A DNA stretch of 32,000 bases from an uncultured archaeon (GCA_964510585.1 CAZECW010000027.1:1-32000), one strand, 5' to 3'. Positions 8,922 to 18,334 are shown, numbered from the stretch's first letter. Numbers and translations: made by a program. Notes: generated from the letters alone by a model not told the origin.

Positions 8922-9187
8922 CGTTCCCACCCACACTTCTCAAAAAATATAAACATTCCTAAATTAAAAATACACACCCTTTTTTAAAAACATTATTGGT
9001 TAAGGAAGCATACCCCACACTCAAAAACCAAAAAAGAAAACATCAACGAAAAATAAATAATAGAAAACCATACTAACCACACAAATTATTTAAATAAAAA
9101 CAAGAACTCTACATAGTTATTACCCCATGGCAAATCCCCCTTTTTTTTCCCGCCTCATTCCACAGAATTTCTTGGTAACATTACAAC

Positions 9188-9232
9188 GCTGAAAAAATTA
9201 CAACACAAAAAATAAACAAGCTGAAAAAATTA
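9188..9232. repeat. 13-nt direct repeat GCTGAAAAAATTA, two copies 32 nt apart
   Basis: Copies at 9188-9200 and 9220-9232 in the intergenic region upstream of the ATPase gene. A-rich, so may be chance. Confidence 0.35.
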
Positions 9233-9355
9233 AAATTATGCAGCATCCAAAGAAAAATTCCCGCGCCTTGGAAAAAAGCTACATCGCTATACCACACTAA
9301 ATGTGGAGCCCCAAATATTTAAGAGAATAACAAAGAAAAAAGGAAGGGAGGGAAG

Positions 9356-10291
9356 TTACCGCCTTCTAAGATACAATGCCACCCCAGCAACCACCAAGAT
9401 AATTACTGCAGCCCCTACACCCGCCATTATCCTCAAATTAGCCTGCTGCTGTTGCTGATACGTGTTAAATAGAGTAAACGTAGTCAACATCATAATAAGC
9501 TCATGTATCGGATAAGAAACACTGTAATCCGTCAAATTCCAAGAAAGGTAGAGAACGCCCCCACCAGTATAGTCTTCTCTGTAAACAACATTCTTGACGT
9601 CTGGATTATACCACATGAGCGAATAGTAACCAGTTGCGAATGCGCTGGTTTCGTTGACCAGCCAGCACTCGAAAGTCCCCTTTGCAGTTATAACAGTAGT
9701 AACATTCACGACAGACCCGGTAACAGTGATGTCATATGGAGTTGTGTTTTCCCAACTAAGAATAATCCTTATGCCAGAAGAAGAGTTGTAAAAAGAGCCT
9801 ATGAAGTAGACTCTTATGCCCTCGCTCCAAGTTTTGCCTTCGCTGAGTGGGAATTCAAACATTTTCCATGTATCATTAAAGTGGTACCAGCCGTCAGTCT
9901 CAAAGTAGTAACTGGGAGGCGTGAGATATGTATCATTTCGGTGCATATATATTGCTGTTACGTTTCCATCCATCGAGTAATAGGTCTGAAGTATCATTTC
10001 CGTCTTCACTAATGGGTTTGTTGTACTATAGTTGGTAGTATAGTTGTAGCAGTGGTAAGTTTTTGATTCGTTGAATCCAGCGTTTATATCTGCGAGACCT
10101 GTGACCATCAATTTAGCATTACCTGTTGTAAAAGGCCCCGTTAAGTCGTATTGCCATGTGTCACCTATTGCGGGTATATCTGCGGGCATGCCGCTTAAGG
10201 GAGCTGATAGGGATGGTGTAACAATTGTGGCGGCTAACAAAAGAACCACAGCCACCGCTGCAACAGAAGCAAAGAAAGACCTTTTCCTCAC
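9356..10291 (-). CDS. Exported beta-rich surface glycoprotein with C-terminal membrane anchor
   Basis: GTG start 7 nt after AGGAGGT. Signal peptide MRKRSFFASVAAVAVVLLLAATIV, about 11 N-x-S/T sequons, C-terminal MAGVGAAVIILVVAGVALYLRRR. Confidence 0.8.
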   Translation of the reverse strand: MRKRSFFASVAAVAVVLLLAATIVTPSLSAPLSGMPADIPAIGDTWQYDLTGPFTTGNAKLMVTGLADINAGFNESKTYHCYNYTTNYSTTNPLVKTEMILQTYYSMDGNVTAIYMHRNDTYLTPPSYYFETDGWYHFNDTWKMFEFPLSEGKTWSEGIRVYFIGSFYNSSSGIRIILSWENTTPYDITVTGSVVNVTTVITAKGTFECWLVNETSAFATGYYSLMWYNPDVKNVVYREDYTGGGVLYLSWNLTDYSVSYPIHELIMMLTTFTLFNTYQQQQQANLRIMAGVGAAVIILVVAGVALYLRRR

Positions 10292-10999
10292 TCCATAACC
10301 TCCTTCTAAATTGCAAATATATTTGTTGCTTCTAATTAAAAAGATTTTCGCCTATCTGCTGTGTTGCATAATTCTTATTTTTTAATTTATTTATATATTA
10401 TTTTGAATTTTTTGCAATTTCACATTGTTAATTTGAAAAAATTTAAGAAAATTAAATAAATTCATTAGAAAAAATAAAATTATACAACACAGCACGCCTA
10501 TCAAATTAGCACAATTAACTAGGAGTTACCTATTGTGTGCATGTTTGAACGTGTTCTAAGCCCCTCTATGGAAGCCTGCTCGCAGTTGTTCCACCAGTAA
10601 AGCAAGCTGAAAAACACGTCCAGGAAGAAGGGCGTTTGAGACGAAAAATGTACAGCACACAACAGGTGCCACCGGGTTAACAGTCTCATCAAATTGTACA
10701 CGATGTAACGGGTATGTATTTTTGGTGTTTGGTATTGTGGAAGTGTTTTTCTTAACTCCTCTAATAAGTCTCAGAATTGGAAAAAAGGTTAATAGTGCTT
10801 CTTTTAAGGCAACCAACAAACAAAAATACATACCCTCTGTGTAAAACACACACTACATTGTGCCATCAAATTGTGCCCTTCAAAAGACAAAAGGGAGGCT
10901 AGTTAACCTACTTCTCAAAAAAATAATTATTACATTGTGTTTTTGGGAGAAGTAAACTTAATATGTTTGGTGCACGGTAATAATTTCTTGGTGTTATCC

Positions 11000-11764
11000 T
11001 TGCCTGCTGTTGAGGTTAACGGTGTAAATATTTCCTATGAGGAGGTTGGCTCCGGAGAGGCTATTGTCTTTGTACATGGCCTTTGGGTTGACAGGAGGTG
11101 CTGGCTTCACCAGAAAAAACACTTCTCAAAGGACTTTAAAGTTGTAATATATGATCTCAGGGGACATGGTGAATCCGGTAAGCCGTCCAAGCAGTACAGC
11201 GTCTGGACACATGGAGAAGACCTCTACGCCTTGATAAAGCACTTAGGACTTAAACAGGCCAACATTGTTGGGCACTCGATGGGGGGCATGGTTGCCTGCG
11301 TTTTGGCTGTGAGACACCCTGAAGTAGTTAAGCGCCTGGTGCTAGCGGATACTATGTGCAACGTCATACCTGAAGCCGTAGGTGAGAGGGTGGCGTGGGT
11401 TAAGAAGATGAGCATGGAGGAAATAGGGCGCCTCATAGCTAAGAGGGGTATAAAGCTCGTAGGAGAAGATGCCATACGCCTCGTGGTGGATATGGTTAAG
11501 GGGCAGACTCCAGAGGTATACGTGAGGAACGCAGTTGCAACCTCAGGCTTCAACATATGTGGTGAGCTCAAGAAAATCGATAAACCAACCTTAATCATAG
11601 TGGGCGGAAAAGATGAGGCAACACCAGCCTGGATGGCGGAAACACTACACGGACTCATTCCCAACTCTGAACTCTATATCATGAAGGGAGCAGGACACCT
11701 AACATGCCTCGACAATCCCAAAGAATTCAACAAAGCCATAAGCGACTTCCTATCAAAAACATAG
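11000..11764 (+). CDS. Alpha/beta hydrolase (enol-lactonase/esterase-like)
   Basis: ORF 10937..11764; TTG at 11000 gives the family-typical MPAVEVNGVNISY. Motifs FVHG, YDLRGHGES, nucleophile elbow GHSMGG, GAGH. Confidence 0.9.
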   Translation: MPAVEVNGVNISYEEVGSGEAIVFVHGLWVDRRCWLHQKKHFSKDFKVVIYDLRGHGESGKPSKQYSVWTHGEDLYALIKHLGLKQANIVGHSMGGMVACVLAVRHPEVVKRLVLADTMCNVIPEAVGERVAWVKKMSMEEIGRLIAKRGIKLVGEDAIRLVVDMVKGQTPEVYVRNAVATSGFNICGELKKIDKPTLIIVGGKDEATPAWMAETLHGLIPNSELYIMKGAGHLTCLDNPKEFNKAISDFLSKT

Positions 11765-12434
11765 CCACAAAAACCAAGCAAAGCACGAAAACACACCTCG
11801 GCTCGAGCAAAATTGGAAAAACAGAGATAGCAATACCTCACAAATAATTCAACCTCCCCCCTTTTTGAACTATTTGATCAGGCATCGAACAGTGCTGGGC
11901 ATCTGGCCCTCATTCAATAAAATAAGGGTTGCTTTCTTGGGCTAACATCCACACTACATGCTTTTTAAATATGTCTGGTGCAAGCTGTCCTACTGCTTGA
12001 TTTTACTCTTTAGGTATGTTCTCTTGGTGTGCTAAAAATTTTTTCAATATGGCTTCGCGGTTGGGCGGGTGTTTGTGTGTGGTCTGTGGTGGGTTTTTTC
12101 TAGTTTTTCTATTTCACATTTTTTTGTCCTTTTTGAGAAATGATAAAAAATACTGCTTTCTACTATTTCAAGGTAAAATGAGGGTTCATTCTAACGGGTG
12201 CGATCTGCCCACAAATCGACCTTCAACTTTTCAAATTAAATTGTGTATTTGCCGAAATTTTTGGTTGCAGAAACTTCACAGATTATAACCAAATAGTTGC
12301 TTGAAACTTGGAAGCAAAATGCTGGTAAAGATATCAGTAAAGTAATATAGGAGAAGAACTAATTAGTAAAAGTGAGACATAAATAAGTGGAGAAGCTTTT
12401 TTAACTTTTAAAATAGAGGGAGCCGAGGTGTGTT

Positions 12435-13088
12435 GTGTTGCCTGGAAATCCGCGCGCAGTTAAGGTGCAGCTTGACACTTTGAGGAATGACCACCTGATT
12501 TTATCCTCCCTAGTCCGTTTAATCATAAAGTACGTTTTAGATTATGTTGCAAGTAACTTTGGTGTCAGTGGGTCTGCGGAGACACTGGATGAGCTGGAAA
12601 ACTTGCTACTTAGAGTCGCACAAGAACATCCAGCAGAAGAAGCGGTAGTATACGGAATTTATAAAGGTGAGAGCATGCTTGCCGGCGCGGTGGGCACTAT
12701 AGCTCGGCGTTTCGGAAAAGAGGCACCCAAAAGACTGGTTAACACACTCGGGTTAATGGAAACACTTATAGAATCAGGGAGCCTCTACGACTGCCTATCT
12801 AAGTACAAGGCTTCCCTTGTTGGGATAGGTTTAATGAGGGAGGATGAATTAATTCTGGAAGACTCTTGTAACGAAGTTCTCGTTAAACTTCGAGGACACT
12901 GCACATATGCCAACGTCTGCACCCAGCTCCACAAAGAGGGGGTGTACAACGTATTCGGCTCCGTACCCTGCGGCAGACTCCTCGCATTCGCCGGCATAGC
13001 CGAAGCCACACTAAACAAAGGCTACGACATAAAAATCACAAAATATAATCCTCCAAACTGCGAAGGAAAAATATTTGAAATCCCCTAA
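12435..13088 (+). CDS. Putative V4R/HNOB-like ligand-binding domain protein
   Basis: GTG after GAGGTG. Helical N-terminal half, then C-terminal VLVKLRGHCTYANVC...PCGRLLAFAGIAE...YDIKITKYNPPNCEGKIF with Cys spacing like the V4R/MetOD1 fold. Confidence 0.55.
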   Translation: MLPGNPRAVKVQLDTLRNDHLILSSLVRLIIKYVLDYVASNFGVSGSAETLDELENLLLRVAQEHPAEEAVVYGIYKGESMLAGAVGTIARRFGKEAPKRLVNTLGLMETLIESGSLYDCLSKYKASLVGIGLMREDELILEDSCNEVLVKLRGHCTYANVCTQLHKEGVYNVFGSVPCGRLLAFAGIAEATLNKGYDIKITKYNPPNCEGKIFEIP

Positions 13089-13380
13089 ATCACACACCGA
13101 TATTCTCCAACAAACATTAACCACCACAAGTTCATAAGAGGGAAGAATAGCTAAATCACCGTGGGGGGATATTTGCCACTCCACACAAATTTAGATTCAG
13201 GGAGCCATTCCCGCCAAACAACATACGCTAGAAACGTTTTATAATTATGAGAATATATCATCATACCCAAAGTTTTGTGAAGCTTAATTAAATGCGCAGC
13301 TTTTTCATACACAAAGATTAAATATTAGAAAGAAGAAGGTAAGAAGAAATCAATATATTAAGGGAAAGGAGGATAGAAGT

Positions 13381-14715
13381 GTGACAGAACCTGAAGTTGA
13401 AGTCGTTGTGGTTCCTAGGTGGCGTCAGCCACTTTCAGGGCTTTGCGCTTTGCTTCTAGGAGTGCTTATTGCTCTTTTCACTTGGTGGATTTTTGCTGAC
13501 ATCAGATTTTCTCTGGGACACTTCATGTTCGGCTGGTACCCTGAGGTAGCATCGCTCCTGGGCGGATGGGGGCTTCTTGTCGCGGTCTGGCAGGCTTGGC
13601 TGGATAACTATCCATACTCCAAGCTTAAGAGGTCTTGGGCAGTGGGTATCGCGGGAACCGTTCTAAACATAGTTGTGGTTTGGTTCATGGTTTATGTGGT
13701 GTTCTACCAACTGATCGGTAGCTTGGTCCCTGAGGCCAGCTTTCCGAAGCTTCTCGCGTACGGGTTCCCCATCGAAACTGCGCTTTACATTTCTTCATCC
13801 GCTACTGGTATGGTCACCGGGGCTACGTTTTCCTTCGGTTTACTTTGGGTAGCAGGCACAATGTTTTGGCCCCTCTACCACGCCAAGCAGCCGAAAAGGG
13901 GACTTTACAGTGTCCTTCTCGCATTCGCCATTGGGCTGACCGCTTGGTACTTTTTACTCCTTCCACCTGTCTCTCAGATGGCGCAGAACTCCGCAGCAAT
14001 ATTAACGTTTATGGGCCTCTCAGAGCTTCAACCAGCCATGAGCACAATATACACCATTATAATCTACTACTACACAGTCTCGTGGTTCTACCTTAACACT
14101 GGAGCCCTGAGAATGCTTAACTTGACTCAGTGGGTAATTTTCTTCGCACTGCTCACAATGCTAACCTGGGAGTATGAGCCTTGGATAAGGCTGAAAAAAC
14201 AGCCTTTGGTAGGCATGGTCGCTTTCGTCTCTTGCACGTTTCTAGGTGTGCTCTTCGGACTCGTCCTATCACAAATGGTATACACGCCGCCTATCCCCTC
14301 GTCTTACGTGTGGTTTGCGTTGGGCCAAACGTTACTGGCTCCTATGGCAGAAATTGCGAGGGAGGGTGCGAGGTGGACGGCTCCGCTAGTCTTAGCAGTG
14401 TTCTTCATTATGGCAGAGTTTATCCTCTATTTCTACTTTGACAACTGGCCCAAAAAGTACAATAAACTGGTCAACATCGCGGTGAGAACTGTGATAGTCG
14501 TCCTGGGAGGGCTGGCAATGCTTTATCTATACTACCTATTCTCGGCCAGAATCATTGGCGACCCGGACATACTCACGATGCTAAGTTACCCCATACTCTT
14601 CCTAGACCCTAGACCACTGACAAACCCATTACCCTTCCAGCTCTGGCTCCTATGGGTTCTACTGCTACACGGATATGTATGGAGGAAATGGCCCATCTGG
14701 AAGCCCCTAACATAA
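13381..14715 (+). CDS. Polytopic membrane protein, putative transporter, with internal repeats
   Basis: 444 aa, highly hydrophobic (about 10-12 TM segments). Recurring (W/Y)P-x4-6-QP-xx-G motif. Confidence 0.75.
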   Translation: MTEPEVEVVVVPRWRQPLSGLCALLLGVLIALFTWWIFADIRFSLGHFMFGWYPEVASLLGGWGLLVAVWQAWLDNYPYSKLKRSWAVGIAGTVLNIVVVWFMVYVVFYQLIGSLVPEASFPKLLAYGFPIETALYISSSATGMVTGATFSFGLLWVAGTMFWPLYHAKQPKRGLYSVLLAFAIGLTAWYFLLLPPVSQMAQNSAAILTFMGLSELQPAMSTIYTIIIYYYTVSWFYLNTGALRMLNLTQWVIFFALLTMLTWEYEPWIRLKKQPLVGMVAFVSCTFLGVLFGLVLSQMVYTPPIPSSYVWFALGQTLLAPMAEIAREGARWTAPLVLAVFFIMAEFILYFYFDNWPKKYNKLVNIAVRTVIVVLGGLAMLYLYYLFSARIIGDPDILTMLSYPILFLDPRPLTNPLPFQLWLLWVLLLHGYVWRKWPIWKPLT

Positions 14716-14720
14716 AAAGA

Positions 14721-14750
14721 GGAGGGCAAGAACCCTCCAATTTCTTTTCA
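14721..14750 (+). terminator. Possible terminator hairpin GGAGGG-caagaa-CCCTCC followed by a T-rich tract
   Basis: 6-bp stem at 14721-14738, 6 nt after the stop codon at 14715, then AATTTCTTTT. Confidence 0.4.
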
Positions 14751-14810
14751 ACCCAAATTTTATGAATAATAAACTTCTCATAGAAAGCCAAAAGCAGTGG
14801 GATAAGCAAA

Positions 14811-14843
14811 ACTTTTTTATTAAAAAAGTAGGTCTAATATAAA
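14811..14843 (+). promoter_or_regulatory. Inverted repeat ACTTTTTT-att-AAAAAAGT next to a TATA-like TAATATAAA
   Basis: Perfect 8-3-8 palindrome at 14811-14829; TATA-like element at 14835-14843, upstream of the hydrolase/ligase operon. Confidence 0.4.
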
Positions 14844-14923
14844 CCCTAGCCTGTATGGATTTACCTTGATGAAAGGTTTGAGGGACGGTGAAGAAATTTT
14901 TCGTTATTTGGGAGTGGTTTGGT

Positions 14924-15784
14924 TTGCCGTATACTGAACTCAGGGATGGTGTGAGACTGTTTTTCGAAATCCGGGGAGAAGGGCCTCCCCTTGCGATGAT
15001 AGAAGGGTGGGGATACTCCCGATGGATGTGGTTTAAACAGATTAACCACTTCTCAAAAAAGTATACATGCATCGTCTTTGATAATAGGGGGGTGGGTTTG
15101 AGTGATAAGCCCGATGAACCTTATAGTGTCGAGTTGTTCGCTGATGACTTGAGGGAGCTCCTTGACCATATTGGAGTTAGTAGGGCGCACATACTAGGGA
15201 TTTCTATGGGGGGCTTTATTGCCCAAAAGTTCGCCTTAAAGTATCCGGGGAGAGTGTTGAGCCTGATCCTTGTATCCACCCACTTTGGGGGAGAAAAAGC
15301 AAGGCAAACGCCAAAGGAAACCATGGACGCTATTTTGAGTATAAGAGAGGAGGACCTTGGGGCTGGAGAAGCCTTAAAGAGAAAGATGTCCTTTGCATTT
15401 AACCCAAAATACTTAGAGGAAAACCCAGAAGAAATAGACCAGATAATATCGTGGAGAATTGAGGAAGCTCAGCCAAGATACGCTTGGCTCAGGCAGGCCG
15501 AGGCTGTCCAAAACTTCAACCTTGGAAACAAAGCATCGCAAATAAAAGCCCCCACCCTGATTGTGGCAGGCACCAATGATCGGGTTGTCCCACACCAGAA
15601 CGCCGAGCTACTACTGGAAACCATTCCCAACTCGAAACTGGTACTTTTTGAGGGGGGCTCCCACCTCCTCTTTATAGAAAACGCGGACACCTTTAACAAA
15701 GTGGTTATGAAATTTCTAAACGAGGTGGATGAAGGAGTGTTTAGCACAAGTAAAAGAAAGATAACGATAAATGTTAAGAGGTGA
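14924..15784 (+). CDS. Alpha/beta hydrolase (enol-lactonase / PHA-depolymerase-like)
   Basis: ORF 14888..15784; likely TTG at 14924. FDNRGVGLSDKP, nucleophile elbow GISMGG, GGSH. Stop lies 4 nt before the ligase ATG. Confidence 0.9.
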   Translation: MPYTELRDGVRLFFEIRGEGPPLAMIEGWGYSRWMWFKQINHFSKKYTCIVFDNRGVGLSDKPDEPYSVELFADDLRELLDHIGVSRAHILGISMGGFIAQKFALKYPGRVLSLILVSTHFGGEKARQTPKETMDAILSIREEDLGAGEALKRKMSFAFNPKYLEENPEEIDQIISWRIEEAQPRYAWLRQAEAVQNFNLGNKASQIKAPTLIVAGTNDRVVPHQNAELLLETIPNSKLVLFEGGSHLLFIENADTFNKVVMKFLNEVDEGVFSTSKRKITINVKR

Positions 15785-15788
15785 GCGC

Positions 15789-17315
15789 ATGTCTTGGAGC
15801 TGGATTGGAGACTGGTCTGAGAGGCGGGCTTCACTAACACCCAAGAAAGAAGCCCTAATATATGAGGAAAAATCATTCACCTACGGTGAACTGAACTCTA
15901 GGGCCGATAGACTTGCAGGATATCTCGCTAAGAAAGGTGTCGGCAAGAGAGACAGAGTCTCATACCTTCTCAGGAACTGTGTAGAATGCTATGACACCTT
16001 CTTCGCGACAGGAAAGCTCGGAGCCATCTTGGCCCCTATGAACATAAGACTTTCTCCCAGAGAGATGACTCTCTTAGTGAAGCAAGTAAAACCAAAAGTT
16101 TTCATTTACGACCCAGAGTTCGAGGAAATCGTAAAGGAGATAAAGAAAGAGGTTAAGAGAGTCGACTTTCTTTCTATAGGCGAGGGAGGAGAGTACGAGG
16201 CAGCCCTCGATGAAGGAGGCGAAAAGCCGAAAAGAACGCTTGCCTCAATGGAGGATCCACACTTGATGCTGTTCACCGGCGGAACCACTGGTTTGCCTAA
16301 GGGGGCTATTCTTTCCCACAGGATGATTTTCTGGAACTCAGTGAACACTATAGTTACGTGGGGAATAACTCCTGAGGACATATCACCAATAGTTTTCCCA
16401 CTCTTCCACACTGGAGGGTGGAACACACTCGCAGTCCCCCTAATCCATGTTGGAGGCAAAATGATAACTTGGAGAAAATTCAACCCCGACGACGTCTTAG
16501 ACGCAGTGGAAAGGTACAAGTGCACCATAGTAATAGGCGCACCAACAATGTTCCACATGATGATGAACTCGCCGAAATTCGAAAAAACAAACATATCCTC
16601 AGTTAGAATGTGGATATCAGGAGGCGCCCCATGTCCCCTCCCAGTTATGGAGGCGTTCTGGAAGAGGGGCGCCGTCTTCATCCAGGGCTATGGACTAACG
16701 GAGGCGGGGCCAAACAACTTTTACATGCCAGTCGAATACATGAAGGAGAAGCACAGGTCGGTGGGGCTGCCATTCTTCCACAACGAGGTTAAACTTGTCA
16801 ACGAAAAGGGGAAAGAAGTTGGGGTAGGCGTGCCAGGAGAACTCCTCATCAGGGGACCCCACACCTTCTCAGGATACTGGGAGATGCCCGAAGAGACATC
16901 AAAAACTATAGACAAGGAAGGTTGGGTTCACACAGGAGACATAGTCATGAGGGACAGCGACGGCTTCTACTACATAGTAGACAGGAAGAAGGACATGTAC
17001 ATTAGTGGAGGCGAAAACGTATACCCAGTTGAGATTGAAAACGTAATATACCAGCACCCGAAGGTGGCAGAGGTTGCAGTCATAGGGGTTCCAGACGAGA
17101 AGTGGGGAGAAGTGGGAAAAGCAATAATTGTGCCCAAGCCGGGAGAGACCATAACCAAGGAGGAAATAGTGGAGTTCTGCAAAGGGAAACTGGCAAAGTA
17201 CAAGGTGCCGAAATACGTGGCACTTGTCAACTCGCTTCCAAAGTCACCTGCAGGAAAAATACCAAAAAAAGACCTGAGAGGGGAATACGGGAAGCCGCAG
17301 GACGAAATACCCTAG
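15789..17315 (+). CDS. AMP-forming acyl-CoA synthetase (long-chain fatty acid-CoA / MenE-like ligase)
   Basis: ATG at 15789 after GAGGTGA. Motifs FTGGTTGLPKG, GYGLTE, HTGD, RKKDMYISGGENVYP, PKSPAGKI. Confidence 0.92.
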   Translation: MSWSWIGDWSERRASLTPKKEALIYEEKSFTYGELNSRADRLAGYLAKKGVGKRDRVSYLLRNCVECYDTFFATGKLGAILAPMNIRLSPREMTLLVKQVKPKVFIYDPEFEEIVKEIKKEVKRVDFLSIGEGGEYEAALDEGGEKPKRTLASMEDPHLMLFTGGTTGLPKGAILSHRMIFWNSVNTIVTWGITPEDISPIVFPLFHTGGWNTLAVPLIHVGGKMITWRKFNPDDVLDAVERYKCTIVIGAPTMFHMMMNSPKFEKTNISSVRMWISGGAPCPLPVMEAFWKRGAVFIQGYGLTEAGPNNFYMPVEYMKEKHRSVGLPFFHNEVKLVNEKGKEVGVGVPGELLIRGPHTFSGYWEMPEETSKTIDKEGWVHTGDIVMRDSDGFYYIVDRKKDMYISGGENVYPVEIENVIYQHPKVAEVAVIGVPDEKWGEVGKAIIVPKPGETITKEEIVEFCKGKLAKYKVPKYVALVNSLPKSPAGKIPKKDLRGEYGKPQDEIP

Positions 17316-18334
17316 CATGGCCCCCACTTAATTACTAAAGCGTCCCACGCATAACCTATACCTGCGCTAACTAGTACCACAAGGCTTCCATCCCTTATTT
17401 TTCCGCTTCTTAAACCCAACTCTAAGGATAGTATCTGGTCGCACTGTCCCAGATGGCCGTACTCCTCGAAATAGGTTGTCTGGTTCTCTTTTAGTCCCAG
17501 CTCGCTGAGTATGTAGTTATGTGCACTGCGTTTCATATGGAGAATTGCCAGGTAGTCTATGTCTTTGACGGTGTAGCCGCTTTTCTCCAGGGCATCGTTG
17601 ATCACCTTGAGGAAGTTTTTCATTGATAGGTCGTCGAGTCTGCGCTTCATATCCTCTGGGTCTCTTACGTCAAGGTAGTGGAGTTTACGCTCCAGGGTTT
17701 CGTGGCTTGTGGGCATTACGGTGCCTCCAGCCGGTACGTAGACGTCGTCCGCGAAGGAGCCGTCAGACATGAAGGCAGCACCTAATATGTGGTTGCTGGG
17801 ATGGTTTTTTCTGAGAACTGCCGCCGCGCCCCCAGCGGCTAGGTTGAACATGAACCTTGTTCTTTGGTTTTGATAATTTATGAGGTCGCAGTTTCTGTAT
17901 CCTGCGGCTACAAGGACTGTGTTTATGTCCTCGTTGGCTATCATCATGTCTTTTGCCAGTTTTAAACCGACAATCATTGTTCCGCAGCGTTGAGATATGT
18001 CGAATGCCCAAGCGTTAATTGCGCCAACCTCGTGTTGAAGCTTAATCCCGGCAGTAATCATTGGGTACTCCTTGTACTCCTCTCCAGACCATATAACTAA
18101 GTCGATATCCTCAGGATTGACATTCCCCCTTTCAAGTGCCGCCTTTGAGGCTTCGACACCCATGGATATTGGGTGGTCTTTATCGCTTGATGGCATAACT
18201 TTCCTTAGTATTCCCATCTTTTCCTCAACGATTTGCTTAGGTACTCCTGAAGCCCTAGCTATATCCTCGCTTGTGTGGAAACCTTTAGGTACGTAAACAC
18301 CTATCGAAACAACACCCACAGATGGCTTACCCAA
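17312..18334 (-). CDS. 3-oxoacyl-ACP synthase III (FabH)-like condensing enzyme, GHxGQ subfamily
   Basis: ORF 17312..18370; likely TTG at 18334. Catalytic Cys in AFDISQRCGT, His in ILHMKRS, YGHLGQ at the usual GNT position, SAGIG oxyanion loop. Confidence 0.88.
   Translation of the reverse strand: MGKPSVGVVSIGVYVPKGFHTSEDIARASGVPKQIVEEKMGILRKVMPSSDKDHPISMGVEASKAALERGNVNPEDIDLVIWSGEEYKEYPMITAGIKLQHEVGAINAWAFDISQRCGTMIVGLKLAKDMMIANEDINTVLVAAGYRNCDLINYQNQRTRFMFNLAAGGAAAVLRKNHPSNHILGAAFMSDGSFADDVYVPAGGTVMPTSHETLERKLHYLDVRDPEDMKRRLDDLSMKNFLKVINDALEKSGYTVKDIDYLAILHMKRSAHNYILSELGLKENQTTYFEEYGHLGQCDQILSLELGLRSGKIRDGSLVVLVSAGIGYAWDALVIKWGPC

Noticed and set aside
3548-10419. GAATTTTT(T)GCAATT at 3548-3562 (-), 3824-3837 (+) and 10405-10419 (+)
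   Set aside because: Low-complexity, homopolymer-rich word in AT-rich spacers; cannot be separated from chance without a genome-wide background count.
14924-18334. OleABCD olefin biosynthesis cluster
   Set aside because: Both hydrolases have a Ser nucleophile (GxSMGG), whereas OleB uses Asp; no OleD-like reductase is present.
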